Source: Myxococcota bacterium (lineage in GTDB: Bacteria; Myxococcota_A; Bradymonadia; UBA7976; UBA1532). From it: 64,000 bases of DNA. Below, piece after piece: positions 1 through 7,481 of the stretch. Each line of letters opens with the position of its first letter. Position 1 is the stretch's first letter. The notes below the pieces were generated by a model. That model was not told the origin of the DNA. It saw only the letters and a program-made list of their open reading frames with translations, and made no database searches. The stretch is from positions 32,499 through 96,498 of the forward strand of contig JAYZEG010000024.1 in NCBI GenBank assembly GCA_036337435.1, in the 5' to 3' direction. The position numbers and the translations under genes were made by a program.

Positions 1-2
1 GG

Positions 3-134
3 TTGCTGGTGACAAACAAGGTTACGGCAGTCGTTGATGTGACGGAACGTCTCATCACGGCAGCTCAGACCAGACAAGAAGCTAGGGACCAAGTCTTTTG
101 TCATGTCGACAGCGTGATGCTGACCGACGACTAG
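3..134 (+). CDS. 3' end of a flagellar operon protein (TIGR02530-like, usually between flgD and flgE); partial
   Basis: Open frame LLVTNKVTAVVDVTERLITAAQTRQEARDQVFCHVDSVMLTDD* resembles the family C-terminus (..V.NRTVITA....NVFTNIDSAV); directly upstream of flgE; not in the ORF track. Confidence 0.6.
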   Translation: MLVTNKVTAVVDVTERLITAAQTRQEARDQVFCHVDSVMLTDD

Positions 135-145
135 ATTTGACGTAC

Positions 146-197
146 GAAATTCGACCAGGGAAGGGTTCGAATTTCAGCGTACTGAGTTGTCAGTACG
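146..197 (+). promoter_or_regulatory. Structured flgE leader: hairpin with AGGGAA (ANGGAN, CsrA-type) loop plus a second hairpin
   Basis: GAAATTCGA-CC-AGGGAA-GG-GT-TCGAATTTC (146-175) and perfect CGTACTGA-GTTG-TCAGTACG (178-197). Confidence 0.45.
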
Positions 198-246
198 TTA
201 ATCGAGCGTGGAGCTTTGCCTCGCGCCATGCACAGGAGGTCTGGCT

Positions 247-1548
247 ATGCCAGGACTATTGGGTTCATTGTTTGTTGGCCAAGGAGGCCTGAACACCTCC
301 GGTATTGGTATCAGTGTTATTGGTGACAATATCGCAAATTCAAATACGACGGGTTTTAAGACCGCTCGTGCGCACTTCGAAGATCTCTTAAGTGAGTTCA
401 TTGTGGGTGCTGCAGGTGCTAACCAGTTGGGTCGTGGTGTGACCCTTCAACGGATTGAGAAGAGTTTCAGCCAAGGTAGTTTTCAGAGCACGGGTGTCCC
501 CACGGATCTCGCTATCTCTGGTAACGGGATGTTCGTGTTGAGTGGACTGGCTTTAGGGAAATCTCAGAACGTCTACACGCGTAATGGTGCATTTAGATTT
601 GATGACGAAGGGTTCCTTGTCAATCAGGCAGGATATCGAGTTCAGGGTCACAATTCTTCAGAAGCCGGTGAGGTCAGCTCCATCGTAGAAGATGTTAAGA
701 TCGCGCCGGGCCGTTTGCTACAGCCCAATGCAACCGATGAAGTCATCATCAACGCCAACTTTAGACCTGATGATCCGATTTTCGCCTTCGACGTCAACAA
801 TCCTGAAGACACTGCGACCTTTAGAACATCGGTCGTCGCTTTTGATGGGTTAGGTAATCCCCATGAAATCACCGTGTATGGTAGCCGGACTGCGGCCAAC
901 GAGTGGGACATGAACGCCGTGGTTGATGGTGCTGATATCGCCGGTGGTGCTGCGGGTGTCCCAACCCTAATTCCACTGGGCACCTTATTGTTTGATCAGC
1001 AGGGACAGTTGCTCGATGAACAGATTAATAACCCCATCAACATTCCGTGGGCTGGCACAGTTCCGGGTGATGTCACCTTTGAGTTTGGTGATGCCATTAA
1101 CGATGGTGGTACAGGACGTGAGGGCACCACTCAATGGAATGAAACATCGGAAAGTGTCGCTCACTACCAAAGCCAAAATGGGTATGGCACCGGCGAACTC
1201 GATGGGATTTCCATCGATGACCGAGGTCAAATTATTGGTGCGTTTACCAATGGTAGACAGCAGATTTTAGGCCAGGTGATTTTGGCTAAATTCGCAGACC
1301 CAACTGGATTGGCGATGGTCGGTGGGAACAACTTTGTTGCGACAGCCGCCAGTGGTGAGGCCATCGTTGGTGAAGCGCGCGGAGGCGGGAGAGGCGCGAT
1401 CGTTGCATCAACCCTCGAATTGTCGACCACTGAGCTGAGTGGTCAATTTATCGATTTGATTACCTATCAGCGCGCATTTCAGGCGAATTCCAGAACGATT
1501 CAAACAGCAGATGGCCTGTTGCAGGAGATATTCCAGATTCTAAGATAG
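247..1548 (+). CDS. flgE: Flagellar hook protein FlgE
   Basis: N-terminal GDNIANSNTTGFK, TGVPTDLAISGNGMF, YTRNGAF, C-terminal LELSTTELSGQFIDLITYQRAFQANSRTI; AGGAGG RBS before ATG 247. Confidence 0.95.
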   Translation: MPGLLGSLFVGQGGLNTSGIGISVIGDNIANSNTTGFKTARAHFEDLLSEFIVGAAGANQLGRGVTLQRIEKSFSQGSFQSTGVPTDLAISGNGMFVLSGLALGKSQNVYTRNGAFRFDDEGFLVNQAGYRVQGHNSSEAGEVSSIVEDVKIAPGRLLQPNATDEVIINANFRPDDPIFAFDVNNPEDTATFRTSVVAFDGLGNPHEITVYGSRTAANEWDMNAVVDGADIAGGAAGVPTLIPLGTLLFDQQGQLLDEQINNPINIPWAGTVPGDVTFEFGDAINDGGTGREGTTQWNETSESVAHYQSQNGYGTGELDGISIDDRGQIIGAFTNGRQQILGQVILAKFADPTGLAMVGGNNFVATAASGEAIVGEARGGGRGAIVASTLELSTTELSGQFIDLITYQRAFQANSRTIQTADGLLQEIFQILR

Positions 1549-1572
1549 CGACATCTCAATTTAACTAAATGA

Positions 1573-2015
1573 CGGCATCTTGATCGATGTTGGGTGCATG
1601 ACCGCTCGGCGGTGGCTGGTCCAGGGAAGGACCGGTGGTTCGCAACAACTGACCACGGAAGGAAAGGTAACGGACCAGGCACGGCCAAGCGGTCGGCACC
1701 CAGCTGATCATGCTCTAGGATGGAGCATAACGAGATGACCGAAGGAGCAAACGGGTAGAAGACAAAATCAACCTCACCGAGGGGTTGAGCTTTTGACAAA
1801 TGACTCCATGAATCTAGCGACGCACTCGCATCGCTAGATCCTCGCGCATGTACCTGAGGAATACCCAGCCTCATAACAGGGTGCATGTGCAAAAAAAGAG
1901 ATGGGATAGACCCATTTCCCATCTCACAAGGCGCCAACAAGACCCATAACCGATTGGTGCTTACTCGAGTGCCCGGTAGCTACCCACTACCGGGCACTCA
2001 TCCCCCTCTCTTTTT
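1573..2015 (+). ncRNA. Putative large structured non-coding RNA (GGA-rich domain plus ACCCA-loop hairpin array)
   Basis: Eight or more helices readable by eye, G-U wobbles mostly on the + strand, recurrent loop motif ACCCA, no credible ORF; see findings. Confidence 0.65.
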
Positions 2016-2142
2016 GATTGGGGTTGAAGATTGGAATTTGGTACCGCACGATTTTCTCACGTGCGTGTAGACGACATTTGGTTTAATCTCCCACAAAGTA
2101 GGTCAATGTCCTACGGTGGCAGAATGGAAGTTAGGTGCCTTC

Positions 2143-2694
2143 ATGGCTGAAGAGAATGAAGATCCACAGGCAGAAGAAGAGGGCGGAGAAGAGTCCGAAG
2201 GCTCTGGTGGTGGTGGTAAACTGGTCCTAATTATTGGTCTAATCAACACCATTGGACTTATCGGTTTGGCGTACATGGGCATGACTGGTGGCTTCGGCGG
2301 CGGGGGCGGTGGTCCAACGCTCAGTCCAGAGGCCATGGGAGAAAGTGCGCTTCAGGGTAAGAAAACCGTTGAAGACCGGCCCTCGGCCGCGCCCGGACCT
2401 AAAGTAGAGCTTGGTGAGTTGGTGGTTAACCTCAAGGAACCCACGGGCGATCGCTTTCTGAAAATCAAAGCCGAGCTGGAATTAGACAGCGAAGAGACGC
2501 GTGCGGAAGTTGAAGGTCGTTTGACATCGATTCGTTATGAACTCAATCTATTGCTCTCTGGGCAGCGGGTCGTCGATGTCCAGGGGCCTGATGCCATAGA
2601 AACCCTACGTAAGGCCATGATTAGACGGGCTAATTCTCGATTGGCCAAAGGGCGGATTGTGAACGTTTGGCCCGGCGAGTGGATAGTGCAGTAA
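2143..2694 (+). CDS. fliL: Flagellar basal body-associated protein FliL
   Basis: Single N-terminal TM, LVVNLKEPTGDRFLKIKAELEL, C-terminal WIVQ; immediately before fliM. Confidence 0.9.
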   Translation: MAEENEDPQAEEEGGEESEGSGGGGKLVLIIGLINTIGLIGLAYMGMTGGFGGGGGGPTLSPEAMGESALQGKKTVEDRPSAAPGPKVELGELVVNLKEPTGDRFLKIKAELELDSEETRAEVEGRLTSIRYELNLLLSGQRVVDVQGPDAIETLRKAMIRRANSRLAKGRIVNVWPGEWIVQ

Positions 2695-2715
2695 TCTTTC
2701 TGGAATGATGAACTG

Positions 2716-3786
2716 ATGGCAGAGCAAATCCTATCGCAAAATGAAATTGATGCCCTCCTTGCGGCCGTCAATGAAGGTGAGCTCGAACTCGACGAAGAGA
2801 CTGACAGTGGTCGTGAATCTAGTTCTGATGCGGCGGCTTTTGCCGTCAAATACGATTTGCTCAGTCAAGACCGCATCATTCGCGGTCGAATGCCGACACT
2901 CGATATCATCAACGACCGCTTTGCCCGACAGTTTCGCATTACGTTGTCCAACAGCCTTCGAAAAATCGTTCAGGTGAACGTCGAAAGCACGAGCTTGATG
3001 AAATATGGGGAGTTTTTAAATTATCTCCCCATTCCCAGTTGCCTTAATTTGATGAAGCTGAATCCGTTACGCGGGTCTTCAATACTCGCCATCGAGAGCA
3101 AATTAATTTACGCCTTTCTAAACAATTGGTTTGGCGGCGCAACCAATGCTCAAGAACGTATAGAAAGCCGAGATTTTACCGCCATTGAACTGATGGTCAT
3201 CAAGCGGGTTATCGATTTTTTGACATCCGAGTTGGAAAGCGCATGGCAACCCGTCCATCCGATTCAATGCAAATATGTCCGCACTGAGGTCAATCCACAA
3301 TTCTTGGCCGTAATCGCACCGAGTGATGTCGTAGTTTTGACGAGTTATGAAATAGAAATTGACGGTTTACGTGGTTCTGTCCAGTTGGTGATTCCATATA
3401 GCTCAATCGAACCCATCAGGCAGCACCTGTCTCGCGGTATCGGGGCGGATGCGGAAGGCGACGATAATGCATGGCGTAATTTGCTGACGGAAAGCCTCAA
3501 TGACGTCCAAACGCGCAGTCAAGTGATTCTGGGCACCAGTCGGATCACAATTCGAGACTTGTTGAAGCTAAAACCGGGTGAAATCATTACTTTAGGCACG
3601 AACAGGACCGATACCTTGGACTTCATTGTTCAGAAGTCTAAGAAGTTTGAAGTGGTCCCAATGGAACAATCAGGGTATTTAGCTGGCAAGATTACCAAGG
3701 ACATCCCCCCCCGTTTACCAGACGCATTAACGTTCTTAAAAATAGATAATGAAGACGAAACCGGGGACGAAGATGACGACATTTAG
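2716..3786 (+). CDS. fliM: Flagellar motor switch protein FliM
   Basis: LSQNEIDALL CheY-binding peptide, IIRGRMPTLDIINDRFAR, RDFTAIE. Confidence 0.95.
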   Translation: MAEQILSQNEIDALLAAVNEGELELDEETDSGRESSSDAAAFAVKYDLLSQDRIIRGRMPTLDIINDRFARQFRITLSNSLRKIVQVNVESTSLMKYGEFLNYLPIPSCLNLMKLNPLRGSSILAIESKLIYAFLNNWFGGATNAQERIESRDFTAIELMVIKRVIDFLTSELESAWQPVHPIQCKYVRTEVNPQFLAVIAPSDVVVLTSYEIEIDGLRGSVQLVIPYSSIEPIRQHLSRGIGADAEGDDNAWRNLLTESLNDVQTRSQVILGTSRITIRDLLKLKPGEIITLGTNRTDTLDFIVQKSKKFEVVPMEQSGYLAGKITKDIPPRLPDALTFLKIDNEDETGDEDDDI

Positions 3787-3811
3787 ACCAAATAAAAGCC
3801 ATTCAATAAAG

Positions 3812-3828
3812 TTGGCACGAGTCCTGCT
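3812..3828 (+). promoter_or_regulatory. Sigma54 (-24/-12) promoter upstream of fliN
   Basis: TTGGCACGAGTCCTGCT: GG(3814-15)-N10-GC(3826-27), near-consensus TGGCAC, in the fliM-fliN gap. Confidence 0.75.
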
Positions 3829-3855
3829 TTTAGCTTGTGGTGTGGAGGGTCCACG

Positions 3856-4131
3856 ATGAACGACCAATCGAGAGATATTAACTTTCTGTATGATGTTGAA
3901 CTCGAATTGTCGGTTGTCTTGGGTACGAACCGCATGCTGATAAAGGATTTACTGCAATTGCAGTCAGGTTCAGTCGTTGAACTTGGCAAGCTGGCAGGCG
4001 AGTCACTTGACGTTGTTATAAACGATAAGATCGTGGCTCGAGGCGAGGCTGTTGTAGTCAATGAGAAGTTTGGGATTCGGCTGACTGAAGTTGTCTCTCC
4101 CTTCGAACGTGTTCAGCATTTGCGGGACTAG
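3856..4131 (+). CDS. fliN: Flagellar motor switch protein FliN
   Basis: GSVVELGKLAGESLDVVIND, ARGEAVVVNEKFGIRLTEV; GGAGG RBS. Confidence 0.95.
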   Translation: MNDQSRDINFLYDVELELSVVLGTNRMLIKDLLQLQSGSVVELGKLAGESLDVVINDKIVARGEAVVVNEKFGIRLTEVVSPFERVQHLRD

Positions 4132-4218
4132 CTGTAAAAACAGCGTCGTACACAATACACATCAAGGACCCCCGGATATTAACCGATGCGTCTCATGACG
4201 AGATGATTAGGGGGCCAT

Positions 4219-5565
4219 ATGTACCGCAAGATTCTTATTCTCTTATTCGCAGTCATTGCACCGACTGCTCTCCTGGGCTCAGCCGCTCATGCGAACACAT
4301 TAAACGATGTTCTGTATACCGGCTCGTCTGACCGAATTGAATTCCGATTCAAGACCAACCAACCCGTTGAAGCCGATTCCATCTCGGCGCGGACTGAAGG
4401 GGCTGTGTTGGTCGTCACTTTGTCTGAGACCAAGGTGAAGAGGCACTGGCTGAATCTGAAGGATGTGGATATCAAGCGCGCTTTGGTTCACCCGTCTCGT
4501 CGGGGTGCTGACGCGCGACTTCGCGTTCGGTTTCATCAGGCACTCCCAAACGCGGTGATCCAAAATATCCGAGTACGCCAGGAGAACGGGCGTCTCGTTA
4601 TCTCCATCCCCCGTGATGAGAAGACGGCATTGTATTGGTCGTCAAACCAACCTTCGGCTCCGCAAAATAAAAATGCAAAGCCGCAAACAGACGCGGCTCA
4701 GAGACCGGCCATAGAGCCAACCAAGACCATCGCCCAAGCTGAAACAAAATCAGCACCCGTGGTAGCGGCTACACCAGCAGTTGAACCCACATCTCAGGTT
4801 GACAGAGAGCCTGTGGAGACACCGATTGCAGACAAAACCTCAAAACAAACAGCCACAGTCGGTAGCGACGAGAAGCCTGCAGACGCTAATCCGGTTACGC
4901 CCCAAACCACAAATGCCCTTGGGCAAACATCGAACGACGGCCCTCGGATCGGTGCCTTTGCTATGGCTATGCTCTTCTTGGTCTGTGTTGGCTTGGTGAT
5001 GTTTAGGAAGCTGCGTAACCGAACGACAGCACCGGGTGATGGCCCTATGATCAAACCAGTCAGCACCCACATGCTTGGGCCGAAGCAAGGTCTACTTCTT
5101 GTGGATGTTGCCGGCGATATGGTTTTACTCGGCACAAGCGACAAAGGCGTCCAAATGCTGACCAAGATTGATGGTCGTGAAATGGTCGATACCGACGCGT
5201 TGTCAAAGCAGGTCACACCGACAGATACACAGATTCCAATGTCCGCTATCGAGGCAAATCAGCGGCCGGCTTTCGCAGAGCGCTTTGGACGCGCAATCAG
5301 TCGGATTCGAGAAGCGACCCAGGGAACACAGCAGTATGCAGCCTATCACGCGAATGCAACCCGTCGTCAGGATGAAGAATCCGGCCACTTGGACCACCTT
5401 CTCAACAAGGTCGAGGATGTACACCACGGTGCCTCTGGACGAAACTCGAGACGTGACTTTGCGCCCCTTGAAACCCGCGCTGAAGAGTCGGTCTATGCGG
5501 CGCAACCTCCCGTTGTGCAAAACGATGACCTTTTGAACAAACTCCGAAGTCTACAGGGCGCATAA
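4219..5565 (+). CDS. fliO: FliO-family protein with long N-terminal extracytoplasmic region
   Basis: Between fliN and fliP; TM then [37 protein letters not shown] (FliO domain); N-terminal signal peptide. Confidence 0.8.
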   Translation: MYRKILILLFAVIAPTALLGSAAHANTLNDVLYTGSSDRIEFRFKTNQPVEADSISARTEGAVLVVTLSETKVKRHWLNLKDVDIKRALVHPSRRGADARLRVRFHQALPNAVIQNIRVRQENGRLVISIPRDEKTALYWSSNQPSAPQNKNAKPQTDAAQRPAIEPTKTIAQAETKSAPVVAATPAVEPTSQVDREPVETPIADKTSKQTATVGSDEKPADANPVTPQTTNALGQTSNDGPRIGAFAMAMLFLVCVGLVMFRKLRNRTTAPGDGPMIKPVSTHMLGPKQGLLLVDVAGDMVLLGTSDKGVQMLTKIDGREMVDTDALSKQVTPTDTQIPMSAIEANQRPAFAERFGRAISRIREATQGTQQYAAYHANATRRQDEESGHLDHLLNKVEDVHHGASGRNSRRDFAPLETRAEESVYAAQPPVVQNDDLLNKLRSLQGA

Positions 5566-5569
5566 GACC

Positions 5570-6358
5570 ATGTATCGCTTCAAACTAAAGCTCCTGATTG
5601 CCTTTGGTGCCTTACTTGCTTTGAGTGGCGTCGCTTTGGCCCAGGGTCAAACGCTCCAAGCTCCAGCAGCACCATTAGATCCGTTCAGCTTACCGAAAGT
5701 TGAGATGGTTGTCGGCGGTGGAAACGGAGATTGGGTGGGCGTTCTGCGCATTCTTGGCATGCTTACCGTGCTCACGTTGGCGCCTGCAATCTTGCTGACC
5801 ATGACGAGTTTCACGCGGATCATCGTCGTTTTCTCTTTTTTGCGGCAGGCGTTGGGTACACAGCAAGCACCGCCAAACCAGGTGATGATCGCACTGGCTC
5901 TATTTATGCCCGTATTCATCATGCAGCCAGTTTGGTCGAAGGTTCACCGAGAGGCGATCCAGCCATATTCTGCCGGAACAATGAGCCAAGCTGAAGCGAT
6001 GGATAACGCCATGGCACCCATACGCGCCTTCATGTTTAAGCACACACGCCAAAAAGACCTTGGATTATTTATCACCGCAGCAGGCGCCGACAAGCCGCGC
6101 AATAAAGAGGATGTTTCTAACTGGCAACTGATTCCCGCCTTCGTTTTAAGCGAATTAAAGACATCCTTTCAGATGGGCTTCATGCTCTATGTCCCATTTC
6201 TTGTGCTCGACATGGTGGTTGCTTCAATTTTGATGGCGATGGGTATGATGATGCTACCGCCGATACTTATTTCGTTGCCGTTTAAGGTGATGCTGTTCGT
6301 CTTGTTAGATGGGTGGAATCTGCTCGTCGGCAGCCTGGTAGGGAGTTTCGGGGTATGA
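5570..6358 (+). CDS. fliP: Flagellar export protein FliP
   Basis: MTSFTRIIVVFSFLRQALGTQQAPPNQ, LIPAFVLSELKTSF, MGMMMLPP..ISLPFK. Confidence 0.97.
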   Translation: MYRFKLKLLIAFGALLALSGVALAQGQTLQAPAAPLDPFSLPKVEMVVGGGNGDWVGVLRILGMLTVLTLAPAILLTMTSFTRIIVVFSFLRQALGTQQAPPNQVMIALALFMPVFIMQPVWSKVHREAIQPYSAGTMSQAEAMDNAMAPIRAFMFKHTRQKDLGLFITAAGADKPRNKEDVSNWQLIPAFVLSELKTSFQMGFMLYVPFLVLDMVVASILMAMGMMMLPPILISLPFKVMLFVLLDGWNLLVGSLVGSFGV

Positions 6359-6630
6359 CATCCGCATTTGTTGTTACTTTTTTTCAAGAGGCGATTCAAA
6401 TGGCTGGGATGCTGTCACTGCCCGCATTGATGCTTGGCTTGGTCGTCGGTCTCCTGGTTTCGATCTTCCAGGCTGTGACTCAAATCCAAGAGCAAACCTT
6501 GGCTCTGATCCCTAAGATTATTGCCATTGTCGTTGCCCTGATGGTGTTCGGCAGTTGGATGCTTTCGCAAATGGTCTCTTATACTGAAGGTGTGTTCGCT
6601 CAGATGGCTGCAGTCGGGCTCGGCGGCTAA
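6355..6630 (+). CDS. fliQ: Flagellar export protein FliQ
   Basis: VSIFQAVTQIQEQTLALIPKI; ATGA overlap with the fliP stop. Confidence 0.95.
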   Translation: MTSAFVVTFFQEAIQMAGMLSLPALMLGLVVGLLVSIFQAVTQIQEQTLALIPKIIAIVVALMVFGSWMLSQMVSYTEGVFAQMAAVGLGG

Positions 6631-6636
6631 AACGTC

Positions 6637-7440
6637 ATGAACTTGGGGAACCTTGACTTCCACGGGATTTACGCTGTCTTCGGGCCGTGGATACTCACGT
6701 TTGTGCTCGCGCTTGTGCGGGTAGGAAGCTTGTTTATCATCGCCCCTCTCTTCTCCATGAGGGCGGTTCCATCAGTTATAAAATTGGGTGTGGTTGGGAC
6801 GCTGACGCTCATGGTGATGTCGACCCTTCAGCCTCGCCTTGACCTGATGCAGTTTGGTGCATTCGAAATTGCAGGTGCTGTTTTGACGGAGGCTTTGGTC
6901 GGTGGCATCATGGGGTTTGCCGTCATGATCTTGTTTGGCGCCCTGGCTTTCACCGGTCAATTGATCGGAATTCAGATGGGCTTTGCGATCGCTAATGTTG
7001 TCGATCCATCAACTCAGCAGCAGTCGGGTATTCTGTCTCAGGTTTTGAACATTTTTGGATTGGCCTTATTTCTGGCAGTCGATGGCCATTTGGTTCTGCT
7101 AAAAGCCTTGTTTCAGAGTTTTGAGACTGTACCGCTCGGTGGGGCGGACCCGCAGCAGATGGTGCTTTTAAATGCGCTAATCAAGCAAGGCGCAGATATC
7201 TTTTCCCTCGGGCTCAAGATCGGACTTCCCGTCGTTTGCGTTGTACTGCTGGTCAATGTTGGGCTCGCGACACTCGCGAGAACCGTCCCACAGATCAATA
7301 TCTTCGTTATCGGCTTTCTCATTACGATCAGTATCGGTTTGCTGCTCCTCGCATTGGCAATTCCGACGACGGGTGATGTTTTCACGAAACTGATTGAGGA
7401 CACCCTCCGTAATGGGGTGGCATTGATACAATTCTTTTGA
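6637..7440 (+). CDS. fliR: Flagellar export protein FliR
   Basis: GQLIGIQMGFAIANVVDP, RTVPQINIFVIGF; hydrophobic; between fliQ and flhB. Confidence 0.95.
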   Translation: MNLGNLDFHGIYAVFGPWILTFVLALVRVGSLFIIAPLFSMRAVPSVIKLGVVGTLTLMVMSTLQPRLDLMQFGAFEIAGAVLTEALVGGIMGFAVMILFGALAFTGQLIGIQMGFAIANVVDPSTQQQSGILSQVLNIFGLALFLAVDGHLVLLKALFQSFETVPLGGADPQQMVLLNALIKQGADIFSLGLKIGLPVVCVVLLVNVGLATLARTVPQINIFVIGFLITISIGLLLLALAIPTTGDVFTKLIEDTLRNGVALIQFF

Positions 7441-7451
7441 ATCGTACAAAG

Positions 7452-7468
7452 TTGGCCCGGTCGTTGCT
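7452..7468 (+). promoter_or_regulatory. Sigma54 (-24/-12) promoter upstream of flhB
   Basis: TTGGCCCGGTCGTTGCT: GG(7454-55)-N10-GC(7466-67) in the 41-nt fliR-flhB gap. Confidence 0.65.
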
Positions 7469-7481
7469 TGTCTAATGCAGT

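Noticed and set aside
1650..1672. CGGAAGGAA resemblance to the SRP RNA helix 8 loop
   Set aside because: The flanking CAGG and AGCAG internal-loop motifs are absent
1573..2015. Retron msr/msd, CRISPR array or MITE explanation for the hairpin region
   Set aside because: No reverse transcriptase, cas or transposase gene in the window; stems are not repeated in sequence; no terminal inverted repeats with target duplication seen
1500..2070. ORFs 1500-1940 (-) and 1885-2070 (+) in the flgE-fliL gap
   Set aside because: No recognisable motif or RBS and atypical composition; dense base-pairing explains the region better
4162..4189. Possible sigma28 promoter (TCAAG-N15-ACCGATGC) before fliO
   Set aside because: Imperfect -10 element and spacing, and export genes are not usually sigma28-dependent; too weak to call
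5906..5914. FliP reads ALFMPVFIM where a Thr is usual
   Set aside because: A single substitution cannot be told apart from a sequencing error or neutral variation
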